A stretch of DNA of 64,000 nt from Anaerolineae bacterium (GTDB taxonomy: Bacteria > Chloroflexota > Anaerolineae > Anaerolineales > UBA4823): positions 41,802 to 105,801 of the forward strand of contig JBBIVW010000001.1 in assembly GCA_037439525.1 (NCBI GenBank), given 5' to 3'. A program made the position numbers and the translations under genes. Shown piece after piece: positions 29,762 through 39,355 of the stretch (positions are counted from its first letter, which is position 1; each line of letters starts with the position of its first letter). The notes under the pieces are model-generated. The model worked only from the letters and a program-made list of their open reading frames with translations. It searched no databases and was not told the DNA's origin.

Positions 29762-30982
29762 ATGACCGAAGAAAAAGCCTACCCTGTCGCGCTGCGACCT
29801 CAAGAGTTAGATGCGGTCTATGCCATCAGCCAGGTCATCTCTCAAGCGGACGAGATCGATGCCATCCTCAACCAGATCACGCGCATCTTGCGTCCGGTGT
29901 TCATCTTCGACAACATCGCCCTGTACGAACAAACGCCTGAAGGACAATTAGAACCGACCTATGCACGCGCCATCGGTCGCGGGCGTTTTCGCGAAACTGA
30001 CCTGGCTTGGGGAGAATATACCGCTAATGACGCCTTTCAAGCCAAGCACACCATTGTGCGCATTGAAGAACTGCGTGGCGCAGATCAAGACCGCACCAAG
30101 ACGCGTTACTCGTTGGGTCTACCATTGCGCATTTCAGGCCAGATCAATGCGGTGTTGGTTTTTATCCGCTTCGGGGGACCTGCGTTCACTTCGGATCAAA
30201 TCAACCTGGCTGAGTTCATCGCCAGGCATGTCGCCCAATTTCTGGAACACCGCCAGTTGATCGAAAAGGTCGCCAGCCTGGAAGCTAAAAGACAACTCGA
30301 CAACCTCCAAGATGAATTCATTGCCATGATCTCCCACGAGCTGCTCACCCCTCTGGGCTTCATCAAAGGTTATGCCACCACACTGCTGCGCGAAGATGCC
30401 CACTGGGACGATGAGACGCGTCGGGAGTTCTTGTCGATTATCGACGAAGAAGCCGATCGCCTGCGCGAATTGATCGACAATCTAATGGATTCCTCCAGAT
30501 TGAAAGCCGGCACTTTGCGCATGTCTTTGCAGCCAACGCGCATTGACACCCTGGTCAAAGATATCGCCCTGAAATCCCAAACCCTGCATAAAAACCTGGA
30601 TATCCACGTCGAATGCGGCAATGTACCTCTGACCATCCCTGTTGACCCCACCCGTCTGGCACAGGTGATTGAAAATATCATCAACAATGCTATCAAGTAC
30701 GCACCCGGTTCACCCATTACCATCACAACCACATTGAAAGACGAGCACCTTCACATCGCTATAAAAGATGAAGGGCCAGGCATCAAGCCCGAACATCTGG
30801 ACAAGATCTTTCAGAGGTTCTACCGCGTGCCGGATAAGCAATCGGTCACCAGAGGCTCCGGCTTGGGTTTATATATTTGTAGCAAGATCATCGAAGCGCA
30901 CGGTGGTAGGATTGAAGCGCAATCCGAATATGGCAAGGGGTGTACGTTCCACCTCTACTTACCTGTCGAGGCAAAATCGTAA
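29762..30982 (+). CDS. soluble GAF-domain sensor histidine kinase
   Basis: N-terminal GAF-like ~170 aa. H-box MISHELLTPL. NNAIKYA, DEGPGI and GSGLGLYI ATPase boxes. Confidence 0.85.
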   Translation: MTEEKAYPVALRPQELDAVYAISQVISQADEIDAILNQITRILRPVFIFDNIALYEQTPEGQLEPTYARAIGRGRFRETDLAWGEYTANDAFQAKHTIVRIEELRGADQDRTKTRYSLGLPLRISGQINAVLVFIRFGGPAFTSDQINLAEFIARHVAQFLEHRQLIEKVASLEAKRQLDNLQDEFIAMISHELLTPLGFIKGYATTLLREDAHWDDETRREFLSIIDEEADRLRELIDNLMDSSRLKAGTLRMSLQPTRIDTLVKDIALKSQTLHKNLDIHVECGNVPLTIPVDPTRLAQVIENIINNAIKYAPGSPITITTTLKDEHLHIAIKDEGPGIKPEHLDKIFQRFYRVPDKQSVTRGSGLGLYICSKIIEAHGGRIEAQSEYGKGCTFHLYLPVEAKS

Positions 30983-31000
30983 TTCGAATTGGGAGGCAAG

Positions 31001-31690
31001 ATGAGCGCTAGGATTTTAATTGTGGACGATGAACCCCGCTACTTGCGGTTGATGGAAGCCAACCTGATTACAGACAACTACCAGATTCTCAAAGCCATGA
31101 ACGGTCAGGAGGCGGTGGATATCGTCGCCGAACAACATCCGGACCTGGTTCTATTGGACGTGATGATGCCCATCCTGGATGGGTTCGAAGCGTGTGCACG
31201 TATTCGCGAGTTTTCCAACGTGCCGATTATCATTGTCACGGCACGAGGCAATGAGGGCGATCGCGTGCGCGGTTTGGACCTGGGCGCAGACGACTACATC
31301 GTCAAACCTTTCTCGGCTACGGAGCTGCTGGCACGCGTGCGCGCCGTCCTGAGGCGCGCTCAGGTCTCCGGGGCTGCCTTTCAGCAAGCCGTGTTCAACC
31401 ACGGCAACCTGCGCATCGACTTCGCCCGCGCCGAGGTCTTCAAAGACGATAAAATCGTGTACCTTTCGGCGACGGAATACCGCCTGCTGCTTCAGTTTGC
31501 CCATAACCTCGGTTCCGTTTTGACCCCGGAAGAACTTCTGGTCAACGTTTGGGGACCAGAATACCGCGATGACAAGGAAATCCTCTGGGTGAGCATTTCT
31601 CGCCTGCGCCAAAAGCTGGAAACCGACCCCAAGAACCCGCAGCATATCGTCACGCGCCCTGGTTTGGGATATACCATGCCGCCCGCTTAG
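31001..31690 (+). CDS. OmpR-family DNA-binding response regulator
   Basis: ILIVDDEPRYL, LVLLDVMMP, YIVKPF. Winged-helix C-terminus (LSATEYRLLLQF...VSISRLRQKLE...GLGY). ATG 31001 with a GGGAGG SD. Confidence 0.9.
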   Translation: MSARILIVDDEPRYLRLMEANLITDNYQILKAMNGQEAVDIVAEQHPDLVLLDVMMPILDGFEACARIREFSNVPIIIVTARGNEGDRVRGLDLGADDYIVKPFSATELLARVRAVLRRAQVSGAAFQQAVFNHGNLRIDFARAEVFKDDKIVYLSATEYRLLLQFAHNLGSVLTPEELLVNVWGPEYRDDKEILWVSISRLRQKLETDPKNPQHIVTRPGLGYTMPPA

Positions 31691-31712
31691 GCAGCTTTTG
31701 GAGCAAACTCCT

Positions 31713-32006
31713 ATGAGCATTCACTTCGACGAAAAAGGGAAGTTCTTTACAGATATTGTTACCAAAGAAAAAGTGTTGGTGCGGATTCGCACCACTTCCC
31801 ATCACATTGTGGGATATGTGCATGTGCGCCCTGATGAGCGCTTGAAGGACGCAATGAACAAATCTGAGATGTTCATCGCCATCACGGATGCCGTGGTGTA
31901 CGATCCGACCAGCGATGCGCCTTTGCATACCAACTTCCTGTGCCTGCATCGCGACCATATCGTATGGATCGCTCCCCACAATGAAATAAAAGCGGAGGAA
32001 GGTTGA
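31713..32006 (+). CDS. hypothetical 97-aa protein translationally coupled to the CpaF-type ATPase
   Basis: ATG 31713 with GGAG 9 nt upstream. Its stop overlaps the next start (TTGA at 32003). No family recognised. Confidence 0.55.
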   Translation: MSIHFDEKGKFFTDIVTKEKVLVRIRTTSHHIVGYVHVRPDERLKDAMNKSEMFIAITDAVVYDPTSDAPLHTNFLCLHRDHIVWIAPHNEIKAEEG

Positions 32007-33340
32007 CCACATCTAATTCGCAAAGTTCGGGCAGCGCGGCACCCAGCCTGGATAAGGTAAAAGACTACTTTGTGCGCGTGCTTTCGAGCGCGCATCACAT
32101 AAAGAAAGTGCCCGTGGAACAACGCCGCCAGGCGGCACGGCATCTCCTAGCCCAGGCTGTTGAAAAAGCAAAGCTCCAGCTTCCTTCGGAGATCATCGAA
32201 AAAGCGGCAGACTTAGCCTTTGACGAAACCTATGGCTTGGGAGTCATCCAACCGTTACTCGAAGATATCCACATCAGCGAGGTGATGGTCAACGGTGTCG
32301 ATAAGGTGTATATCGAAAAAGACGGCAAAATCGTGCGCACCAACATCCGCTTCCCCAGTGAAGAGCACATCATCCACCTGATCCAACGCATTGTCCAACC
32401 GCTTGGGCGCGTCATCGACGCTGACCACCCCGCGGTAGATGCCCGCCTGCCCGATGGCTCGCGCGTCCACGCCATCATCCCTCCGGTGGCGATCGACGGT
32501 CCCACAATCACCATACGCAAGTTCACCCAGAATAAATTGTCCATAGAGCAATTGGTGCAATTCGGTTCCCTCACCGCGGCTGTTGCTGAATTCCTGCGCG
32601 CCTGCGTCAAAGCGCGCCTCAATATCATCATCAGCGGAGGCACGGGCTCAGGCAAGACCACGCTGCTCAACATCCTGAGCGGTTTCATCCCCGAAGACGA
32701 ACGCATCATCACCATTGAAGATGCGGCAGAACTCCAGCTTCGCCAGGAGCATGTCGTCCGCTTGGAAACTAAAGCACCCAGCGCAGATGGCAGCGGCAGC
32801 ATGACCATCCGCGATCTGGTGCGCAACTCCCTGCGCATGCGCCCTGATCGCATCGTCGTCGGCGAAGTGCGCGGTGGTGAAGCGCTAGATATGCTCCAGG
32901 CGATGAACACGGGGCATGACGGCTCATTGACCACCCTGCATGCCAACTCTCCTCGAGATGTCATTTCTCGCCTGGAGACGATGACGCTTATGGCAGGCAT
33001 CGACCTGCCGATACGCGTCGTGCGTGAACAGATCGCCTCTGCTGTCGACCTCATCGTGCAGCAATCCCGCCTGCGCGATGGCTCCAGAAGGGTGACCCAA
33101 GTGACCGAGGTAGCCGGCATGGAGGGCGACACGATCGTGCTCACCGACATTTTCAAATTCGAACAGACGGGCATCAGCCCCGACGGGACGGTTTTGGGCG
33201 AGATCAAACCCACAGGTATCCGTCCAATGTTCTCCAGCCGCCTGGAAGCAGCCGGTTTCAAACTCTCGCCAGAGGTGTTTGGAGTCAACATCGCAGAAAT
33301 GCTTGCCGCAAATCGCCAATCTCCTAGCAGAAGACGCTGA
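32003..33340 (+). CDS. cpaF: CpaF/TadA-type type II/IV secretion system ATPase
   Basis: Walker A GGTGSGKTTLLN, Walker B region RIVVGEVRGGEALDML, His box GHDGSLTTLHANS. The start codon is uncertain (TTG 32003). Confidence 0.85.
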   Translation: MTTSNSQSSGSAAPSLDKVKDYFVRVLSSAHHIKKVPVEQRRQAARHLLAQAVEKAKLQLPSEIIEKAADLAFDETYGLGVIQPLLEDIHISEVMVNGVDKVYIEKDGKIVRTNIRFPSEEHIIHLIQRIVQPLGRVIDADHPAVDARLPDGSRVHAIIPPVAIDGPTITIRKFTQNKLSIEQLVQFGSLTAAVAEFLRACVKARLNIIISGGTGSGKTTLLNILSGFIPEDERIITIEDAAELQLRQEHVVRLETKAPSADGSGSMTIRDLVRNSLRMRPDRIVVGEVRGGEALDMLQAMNTGHDGSLTTLHANSPRDVISRLETMTLMAGIDLPIRVVREQIASAVDLIVQQSRLRDGSRRVTQVTEVAGMEGDTIVLTDIFKFEQTGISPDGTVLGEIKPTGIRPMFSSRLEAAGFKLSPEVFGVNIAEMLAANRQSPSRRR

Positions 33341-33357
33341 CCTCAAGGGACAAGACC

Positions 33358-34044
33358 ATGAACCCGACAAAAGACACCCAGCTCAATTTGCAAGCCAAGG
33401 TCGTTGGTGCACTGTTGAAAAAAGCGCGGATCAAACGCCAGCTCGCCCCTGAGGTGCTTGCCAAAGCTTTGCAGATTTCCGAAGAGAGATACCTGGCATT
33501 CGAAACGGCGACCAGCCCTCCTTCGCTGCCCGAACTTGAGATGCTTGCCTATGCTATGAACATCGACCCTCTAGCTTTATGGAACGAAGACATGCCGGAT
33601 TTTTGCGCCAACGAGGCGATGCTGCCTGGCGATATCCAGGCGTTTATCGGATTGCGTCAGCGGATGATCGCAGCGAAACTGCGCAAACACCGCCTGGAAC
33701 GGCACATCGAGCTGAGCACGCTTGCCGAAATGGTGGCAATGGACACTGAGGACCTGGAAAAAATAGAATTAGGGCAGCGCCCCCTATCCTTCCCCGAGTT
33801 GCTGTACCTATGCCACCATCTGGGGATCGAAGCCAGCGATCTGCTCGACCAACATAGCGCCATCGGACGGAAACTGCGCACCTTGCGATCGCTGCCGGGT
33901 TTTCTGGACCTGCCCCCCGAATTGCAGGCGTTTGTCAGCAAGCCGGTCAACCGACCGTTTCTGGAATTAGCCATGAAATTGAGCGAGCTTCCCGTGGACA
34001 AGCTGCGCACTCTGGCAGAAACCTTATTGGAGATCACCTATTGA
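33358..34044 (+). CDS. tandem XRE-type helix-turn-helix domain protein
   Basis: Two HTH_XRE-like units (LLKKARIKRQLAPEVLAKALQISEERYLAFE and LRKHRLERHIELSTLAEMVAMDTEDLEKIE) plus a ~60-aa C-terminal tail. Confidence 0.65.
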   Translation: MNPTKDTQLNLQAKVVGALLKKARIKRQLAPEVLAKALQISEERYLAFETATSPPSLPELEMLAYAMNIDPLALWNEDMPDFCANEAMLPGDIQAFIGLRQRMIAAKLRKHRLERHIELSTLAEMVAMDTEDLEKIELGQRPLSFPELLYLCHHLGIEASDLLDQHSAIGRKLRTLRSLPGFLDLPPELQAFVSKPVNRPFLELAMKLSELPVDKLRTLAETLLEITY

Positions 34045-34598
34045 ATGCAACACCTTTATCGCGCGAAATAGATGAGTGCCTCCATCAAGCGGCGCGCACT
34101 TATCGAGCGAAGCAATACCAGGAAGCTGGGGAGTTATACCGGCGCGCGGCTGAAGCCTATGCCCAACTTGGAGACGCCCTCTCCGCAGCAGAGGCGCGCA
34201 ACAACGCCAGCGTGGCTTACCTTCAAGGTGGTGCCGCGGATAGGGCATTTGAGCTGGTGGAGAACACGCCTCAATGTTTCGCTCAGGCTGGCGACCGGCG
34301 GCGACAAGGTATCGCGCTCGGCAACCTCGCAGCAGCCTTGGAAGCCTTGGGAAAATACACGGAAGCGGAAGAGGCGTATCGCCAGGCGTCCGACCTGCTG
34401 GGTGAGGTTGGCGAAGCCGAAATGAAATCTCAAACCCTACAGGCTCTGTCTGCTTTACAACTGCGCACGGGGAGACATCTCGAGGCGCTTGCCAGCATGC
34501 AGGCTGGACTGGAGCAGCTCCCTCATCCAAACCTGAAACAGAAATGGGTCAAACGGTTGTTACGCCTGCCCTTTGACCTCTTTCGCAAAGGGGCATGA
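34041..34598 (+). CDS. TPR-repeat protein
   Basis: Repeated A..Y...G.......A pattern (YRRAAEAYAQLGD, GNLAAALEALGKYTEAEEAYRQA). The TTG start overlaps the upstream stop. Confidence 0.65.
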   Translation: MNATPLSREIDECLHQAARTYRAKQYQEAGELYRRAAEAYAQLGDALSAAEARNNASVAYLQGGAADRAFELVENTPQCFAQAGDRRRQGIALGNLAAALEALGKYTEAEEAYRQASDLLGEVGEAEMKSQTLQALSALQLRTGRHLEALASMQAGLEQLPHPNLKQKWVKRLLRLPFDLFRKGA

Positions 34599-35506
34599 GC
34601 CGCCAGCCATCACCCAAGATCATCCGCGAAGCCACATTGCAGGATTGGGGGGCATTAGCCAACCTGCTCCATTTTAACTTTTATGTCCATCGGCATATGG
34701 ACTTTCGTCCTGCGTTAGAATGGCTTGGGCATCGACCATTTTTCCTGCTTGCCCAAGAGGAGAAAATCACTGCAGCTCTGGCATGCCCACCCGACCCGCC
34801 TCAAGTCGCCTGGATCCGCTTGTTCGCCGTGTCTCACGACTTTCCTGTCAGAGAAGCCTGGAGAGAATTGTGGACCTACTCCATTCAGCAGATGCGCATG
34901 GAACCACGCTCCATCCACTATCTGGCGGCGATCCCGCTCCACAATTGGTTCGAATCCTTGCTGGTGGAAAGCGGTTTCAAACTCAATCACACAATCATCT
35001 TCTTGCAATGGCAGGGAAAAACCCAGGTAGAAGAGCGCTCTTTAGGTGGGATAAAGATACGCTCGATGCTGTTGGATGACCTGCCCGAAGTGGAGCGCGT
35101 GGACCAGGCATCCTTCCCATTACTATGGCGCCTTTCACAGGAATATCTTGCCTATGCCATGCAACAAGCCGCGTTGACTCACATCGTCCAAATTGGGAAG
35201 GAAATTGTCGGTTACCAAATCACCACAACCACGCAAATGGGCGCTCACCTGGCACGCCTGGCGGTCCATCCCAACCATCAGCGCCAGGGCATCGGTACCG
35301 CGCTGTTGGATCACCTCTTGCGTCAACTCCTCAAACGAGGTATCTCCACGCTCACGGTCAACACGCAGATGGATAACGAAGCCTCTCTTCGTCTGTACCA
35401 CAAACTCGGTTTTATCCCTACAGGAGAAACGTACCCCATCTATCTCTTCCCGTTACACGCAGATCAAACGCATCCATCTTTTAACTCTAAGGAGGCACCC
35501 CAATGA
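34595..35506 (+). CDS. GNAT family N-acetyltransferase (two GNAT-like halves)
   Basis: The C-terminal half carries the acetyl-CoA motif RQGIGTALLDHLLRQL...LYHKLGF. ATGA overlaps at both ends. Confidence 0.75.
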   Translation: MSRQPSPKIIREATLQDWGALANLLHFNFYVHRHMDFRPALEWLGHRPFFLLAQEEKITAALACPPDPPQVAWIRLFAVSHDFPVREAWRELWTYSIQQMRMEPRSIHYLAAIPLHNWFESLLVESGFKLNHTIIFLQWQGKTQVEERSLGGIKIRSMLLDDLPEVERVDQASFPLLWRLSQEYLAYAMQQAALTHIVQIGKEIVGYQITTTTQMGAHLARLAVHPNHQRQGIGTALLDHLLRQLLKRGISTLTVNTQMDNEASLRLYHKLGFIPTGETYPIYLFPLHADQTHPSFNSKEAPQ

Positions 35507-36333
35507 AAAAGGAAACATTTTTACGCACAAGTTTTGATGGTCTGGACCTCTACTTCCAACTCTGGAAGCCAGAGACAGAGATCAAATGGACGATTTGTCT
35601 GGTACATGGCATGGGAGAACATAGCAGCCGCTACGATCACTTTGCCGAGTATTTCTGCTCGCAAGGAGTATCTGTAATGGCTTACGATTTGCGCGGCCAT
35701 GGTCGCTCTGGTGGGCAGCGAGGTCATCTACCCTCACCCTCCGCGGTGATCCAGGATACCGACCTGCTCATCCAGGAGGCGCGCAACATCGCGCCGCAAA
35801 AACCTCTGTTTCTGTATGGTCATAGCCTGGGAGGCATTATTGTATTGTATTACGCATTGGTGCAAAAACCGGCGCTTGCCGGCGTGATTGCCTCCGCGCC
35901 AGGGCTACGCACCGCCATCGAAAATCAAAAAAGCAAAGTCATGCTTGCCAAAGCTCTGGCTCCGCTCTTTCCCAAACTGAGCATGCCTAGCGGTTTGAAC
36001 CCTGAGCATATCTCCCGTGATACAGCCGTAGTTCAGGCTTATATCCACGATCCCATGGTGCATGACCGTGCCACTTTAGCCTTCGCCACCACATCGCTGG
36101 CGATGATTGCATACTGCTTCGAGCACGCCTATGAATTCAATCTCCCCCTGTTGCTCATCCACGGTGCAGAGGACCAGCTCGCGTTTCCTAAGGGCAGTCA
36201 GGAGTTCGCCTCCAGGGTGAGCGGCGATTGCACTTTGAAGATATGGGAGAAGCTATATCACGAACCGCACAACGAACCCGAAAAAGAAGAAGTGTTTGCC
36301 TATCTGCTGGGTTGGATGTCTGCACGCACCTGA
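35503..36333 (+). CDS. alpha/beta hydrolase (lysophospholipase/monoacylglycerol lipase-like)
   Basis: VHGMGEHSSRY and the nucleophile elbow GHSLGG. AAGGAGG SD upstream. Confidence 0.8.
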   Translation: MKKETFLRTSFDGLDLYFQLWKPETEIKWTICLVHGMGEHSSRYDHFAEYFCSQGVSVMAYDLRGHGRSGGQRGHLPSPSAVIQDTDLLIQEARNIAPQKPLFLYGHSLGGIIVLYYALVQKPALAGVIASAPGLRTAIENQKSKVMLAKALAPLFPKLSMPSGLNPEHISRDTAVVQAYIHDPMVHDRATLAFATTSLAMIAYCFEHAYEFNLPLLLIHGAEDQLAFPKGSQEFASRVSGDCTLKIWEKLYHEPHNEPEKEEVFAYLLGWMSART

Positions 36334-36472
36334 AGCCACTAGGCGTGCTGTGCTGGCATTAGGAGATAATTATTCAATATATGAGATACAAATAAGAATT
36401 CGCCTTTATCTCTGGACAAGTGCCTGGCTTAATGGCACAATCTACGGTCATGCGCTAGATAAAGGAGTGATT

Positions 36473-37243
36473 ATGGCAAAGAAACAAAAATCACCAACAC
36501 CGGGAACGCCGCTCAGCAAGAAACAAGCCTTACGCGAAGCGCGCCGTGCGCGTCAACGCCGCCAGAGGATGATCTTTATTGGAGCGATTATCGGGGGGGC
36601 TTTACTGGTGATCGCCGCGGTGAGCATCTCTTACCTCCGAGAGGCAAATGCGCCGGTGGGCGATTTTGTGCGCATCACCCCTGGCGAGTATCCAAACGCG
36701 CAAGGGCTGACACTAGGCGACCCAAATGCGCCGGTGAAAATCGATGTATTTGAAGACTTTCAATGCCATGCATGTCAGAGTTATGAACAATCGGTTGAGC
36801 CCTTAGTCATCGAACAATTGGTCAAAACCGGCAAGGTTTATTATGTCTTCCATCACTATCCATTCCTGGACGATCGTGCAGCAACGAAAGAATCCGACCA
36901 GGCAGCCAATGCAAGCATGTGCGCCGCAGAGCAAGGTCGCTTTTGGGACTATAAAAAAATCCTCTTCGCCAATATGACCAACACCGCCGGCCAATTTCGC
37001 GATAAACGCCTGATCGCTTTTGCGGAATCTCTAGGGTTGGACATAAATGCCTTCAAACAGTGTTTCGAAGAAAACCGCTACAAAGACGAAATTCAAGCCG
37101 ATATAAACCTGGGACGGCAGATGCTGGTTACCGGCACACCTTCTGTGTATATTAATGGAACGCAGATCTCCCCTGGATATGTGCCAACCTTCGAGCAGAT
37201 TTTACAGGCGGTGGAAGAGGCTCTTGCTTCCTCTGGCAGCTAA
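36473..37243 (+). CDS. DsbA-family thiol:disulfide oxidoreductase, membrane anchored
   Basis: Start at ATG 36473 with an AAAGGAG SD. N-terminal TM. Active site FQCHACQ. Confidence 0.75.
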   Translation: MAKKQKSPTPGTPLSKKQALREARRARQRRQRMIFIGAIIGGALLVIAAVSISYLREANAPVGDFVRITPGEYPNAQGLTLGDPNAPVKIDVFEDFQCHACQSYEQSVEPLVIEQLVKTGKVYYVFHHYPFLDDRAATKESDQAANASMCAAEQGRFWDYKKILFANMTNTAGQFRDKRLIAFAESLGLDINAFKQCFEENRYKDEIQADINLGRQMLVTGTPSVYINGTQISPGYVPTFEQILQAVEEALASSGS

Positions 37244-37264
37244 GCGGGACGATTGACCCACCAG

Positions 37265-37296
37265 ACGGGCAGGTGTGCACATACCTGCCCGTTTTT
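37265..37296 (+). terminator. rho-independent terminator after the dsbA-like gene
   Basis: acgggcaggt / acctgcccgt 10-bp stem, 8-nt loop, followed by TTTTT. Confidence 0.75.
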
Positions 37297-37298
37297 CT

Positions 37299-37856
37299 TT
37301 ATTTCGCAGGTGATTTCGCGCGCGTCGCGCGGGGGATGCCCGCCTCTTTGTTTTCCAACAACTCCAGCACAAAACAAAGCGAGGAAAGGCGGTTGAGGTA
37401 TTTCATGAGGTTATCATTCTTGAAATAAGCCTCGAAAAACAAGCCACACACGCGCCGCTCTGCACGGCGAACGAGCGTGCGCGCGATTGCCAGGCTGGCA
37501 CCAGAGGGCGAGTCGCCGGGTAAAATGAACTCTTGCGGCGCTTCGACCTGATCGCCCAGCGCATCGATTTGTGCTTCCAGCCAGGCAACCTGCGAGGGCT
37601 GAATGCGGAAAAAACGCTCTGCCTGTTCGGGGGCCGCGGATAATTCCGTCATCAACTCATACAAGTCGTGCTGCACCTGGCGCAGCAGATCACGGCTCTG
37701 GTTGGAAAGGCAAATCGAGCGTGCCCATCCCAATGCAGCCGTGGCTTCATCCACAGCACCTAACGCTTCAAAGACCGGGTGGTTCTTGGGCAGCTTGCCA
37801 CTTCCCAAGATGCCACTATAACCATCGTCGCCTTCGGTAGTATAGAATTTCGTCAT
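37299..37856 (-). CDS. PduO-type ATP:cob(I)alamin adenosyltransferase
   Basis: Start moved to ATG 37856 (MTKFYTTEGDDGYSG). FILPGDSPSGASLAIARTLVRRAER motif. Confidence 0.8.
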   Translation of the reverse strand: MTKFYTTEGDDGYSGILGSGKLPKNHPVFEALGAVDEATAALGWARSICLSNQSRDLLRQVQHDLYELMTELSAAPEQAERFFRIQPSQVAWLEAQIDALGDQVEAPQEFILPGDSPSGASLAIARTLVRRAERRVCGLFFEAYFKNDNLMKYLNRLSSLCFVLELLENKEAGIPRATRAKSPAK

Positions 37857-38121
37857 AAGCCAATTATACATGGGGTGACTTGCAGAGTGTAAGACCAACC
37901 CGCTATAAGGGATCATGCAGCGGTCCTGCATGTATCGCGCGGATGGTCTTTTATTATTTGACGGGTTAATCACGCACAGGGGCTCTATCAATCAGGCAGC
38001 GGGAAATACACCAAAATTGTCAGAATTACCAGGTATAATAGCGGTGCACGAGAGATCTCGAGCCGGCATCGTTGCATTGCATCTCTCGTTTGGTCGAATT
38101 CGATCGCGAAAGGAGCCAATC

Positions 38122-38355
38122 ATGCAACTACGTTGCTTCAAATGTCATCGTCCCTTTGCGCTAAATAAAGAAACGATCCTCGCAGCTTATGATCTGGTCA
38201 TCTCCGAAAACCTGAGCCATTACGATGTCATTTGCCCGCATTGTAAACGTGTCAATCCGGTCTCGCGCCAGGAGCTGCAGCGCGCTCAAGCGCAGTACCG
38301 CGTGGCAGAAAAAGAACCCGAAGCGGCAGCCGAAGAACCCAAAGATGCCTCATGA
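38122..38355 (+). CDS. hypothetical 77-aa Zn-ribbon protein preceding MoxR
   Basis: ATG 38122 with an AAGGAG SD. CFKC..CPHC ribbon. The 3' end overlaps the MoxR start. Confidence 0.55.
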   Translation: MQLRCFKCHRPFALNKETILAAYDLVISENLSHYDVICPHCKRVNPVSRQELQRAQAQYRVAEKEPEAAAEEPKDAS

Positions 38356-39319
38356 TGGTCGTTTTCCTTCCCCACAAGCTCTGAAGCACGCCTTGGGGGA
38401 GCAAAAATACATCGCCAGCGATGAAATCGCCACCATCCTGTACCTGAGCCAGGAGCTGGGCAAGCCGCTGCTGACAGAAGGTCCCGCCGGGGTGGGCAAA
38501 ACCGAGCTGGCTAAGGCGATTGCACTGGCGATGGATCGCGAATTAATCCGCTTACAGTGTTACGAGGGATTAGACGAAACGAAAGCGCTGTACGAATGGG
38601 AGTATGCCAAACAACTCCTCTACACCCAGCTTCTGCGCGATAAGCTTCAGGAGACACTCTCCAAAGCGCATTCGCTAAGCGATGCGGCAGACCTTCTGGC
38701 AGATGAGGAGGAGGTCTTTTTCTCCATGAGATTTTTACTCAAACGCCCGCTGCTGAAAGCGATTTTGAGCGAGAAACCAGCAGTGTTGCTGATCGATGAA
38801 ATCGATCGCGCGGACGCAGAATTCGAGGCGTTCCTGTTGGAGGTGCTCAGCGACTTTCAAGTGAGCGTGCCTGAACTGGGCACGCTCCACGCAGTCCATC
38901 TGCCTTTGGTGATTCTCACCAGCAACAACACACGCGAACTCAGTGAAGCGCTCAAACGACGCTGCCTCTACCTGTACATTGACTATCCGACCATTGAACA
39001 GGAAATGGCTGTCGTGCGCTTGAAGGTGCCCGAACTATCCGTTATGTTGGCACGTCAAGCTGTAGAATTGGTGCATAGCCTACGCACATTGGATTTGCGC
39101 AAATCACCGAGCATTAGCGAAACCCTCGACTGGGCTAAAGCGCTGGTGACACTAAACGCCGACAAACTGGATGCCCACACCCTGGAAACCACATTGAGTA
39201 TCCTTTTGAAGCACGAAAGCGATTTGCAGCGCGCCCGCGCCTGGTTACAACGCCCTTCCAGAGGTGAGGCCTACCATTCGTCCGATGACGATCGCTACCC
39301 GCCATGGAGCGGCAATTAA
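38345..39319 (+). CDS. MoxR/CoxD-like AAA+ ATPase
   Basis: Walker A GPAGVGKTELAK, Walker B LLIDEIDRAD, ILTSNNTRELSEALKRRC. Start at ATG 38345 (or 38352). Confidence 0.85.
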   Translation: MPHDGRFPSPQALKHALGEQKYIASDEIATILYLSQELGKPLLTEGPAGVGKTELAKAIALAMDRELIRLQCYEGLDETKALYEWEYAKQLLYTQLLRDKLQETLSKAHSLSDAADLLADEEEVFFSMRFLLKRPLLKAILSEKPAVLLIDEIDRADAEFEAFLLEVLSDFQVSVPELGTLHAVHLPLVILTSNNTRELSEALKRRCLYLYIDYPTIEQEMAVVRLKVPELSVMLARQAVELVHSLRTLDLRKSPSISETLDWAKALVTLNADKLDAHTLETTLSILLKHESDLQRARAWLQRPSRGEAYHSSDDDRYPPWSGN

Positions 39320-39355
39320 ACTCGGTCGAGCCCAATTACTGCCAATGGTCGCATA

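Noticed and set aside
32230-33291. 353-aa minus-strand ORF inside the cpaF region
   Set aside because: It is antisense to a CpaF gene with all catalytic motifs. The product is Ser/Arg/Met-rich with no recognisable domain, so I treat it as a shadow ORF.
34947-34957. GGTTCGAATCC, the canonical tRNA T-loop sequence
   Set aside because: The flanking bases cannot form a T-stem or acceptor stem, and the site lies in frame inside the GNAT gene. I take it as a chance match.
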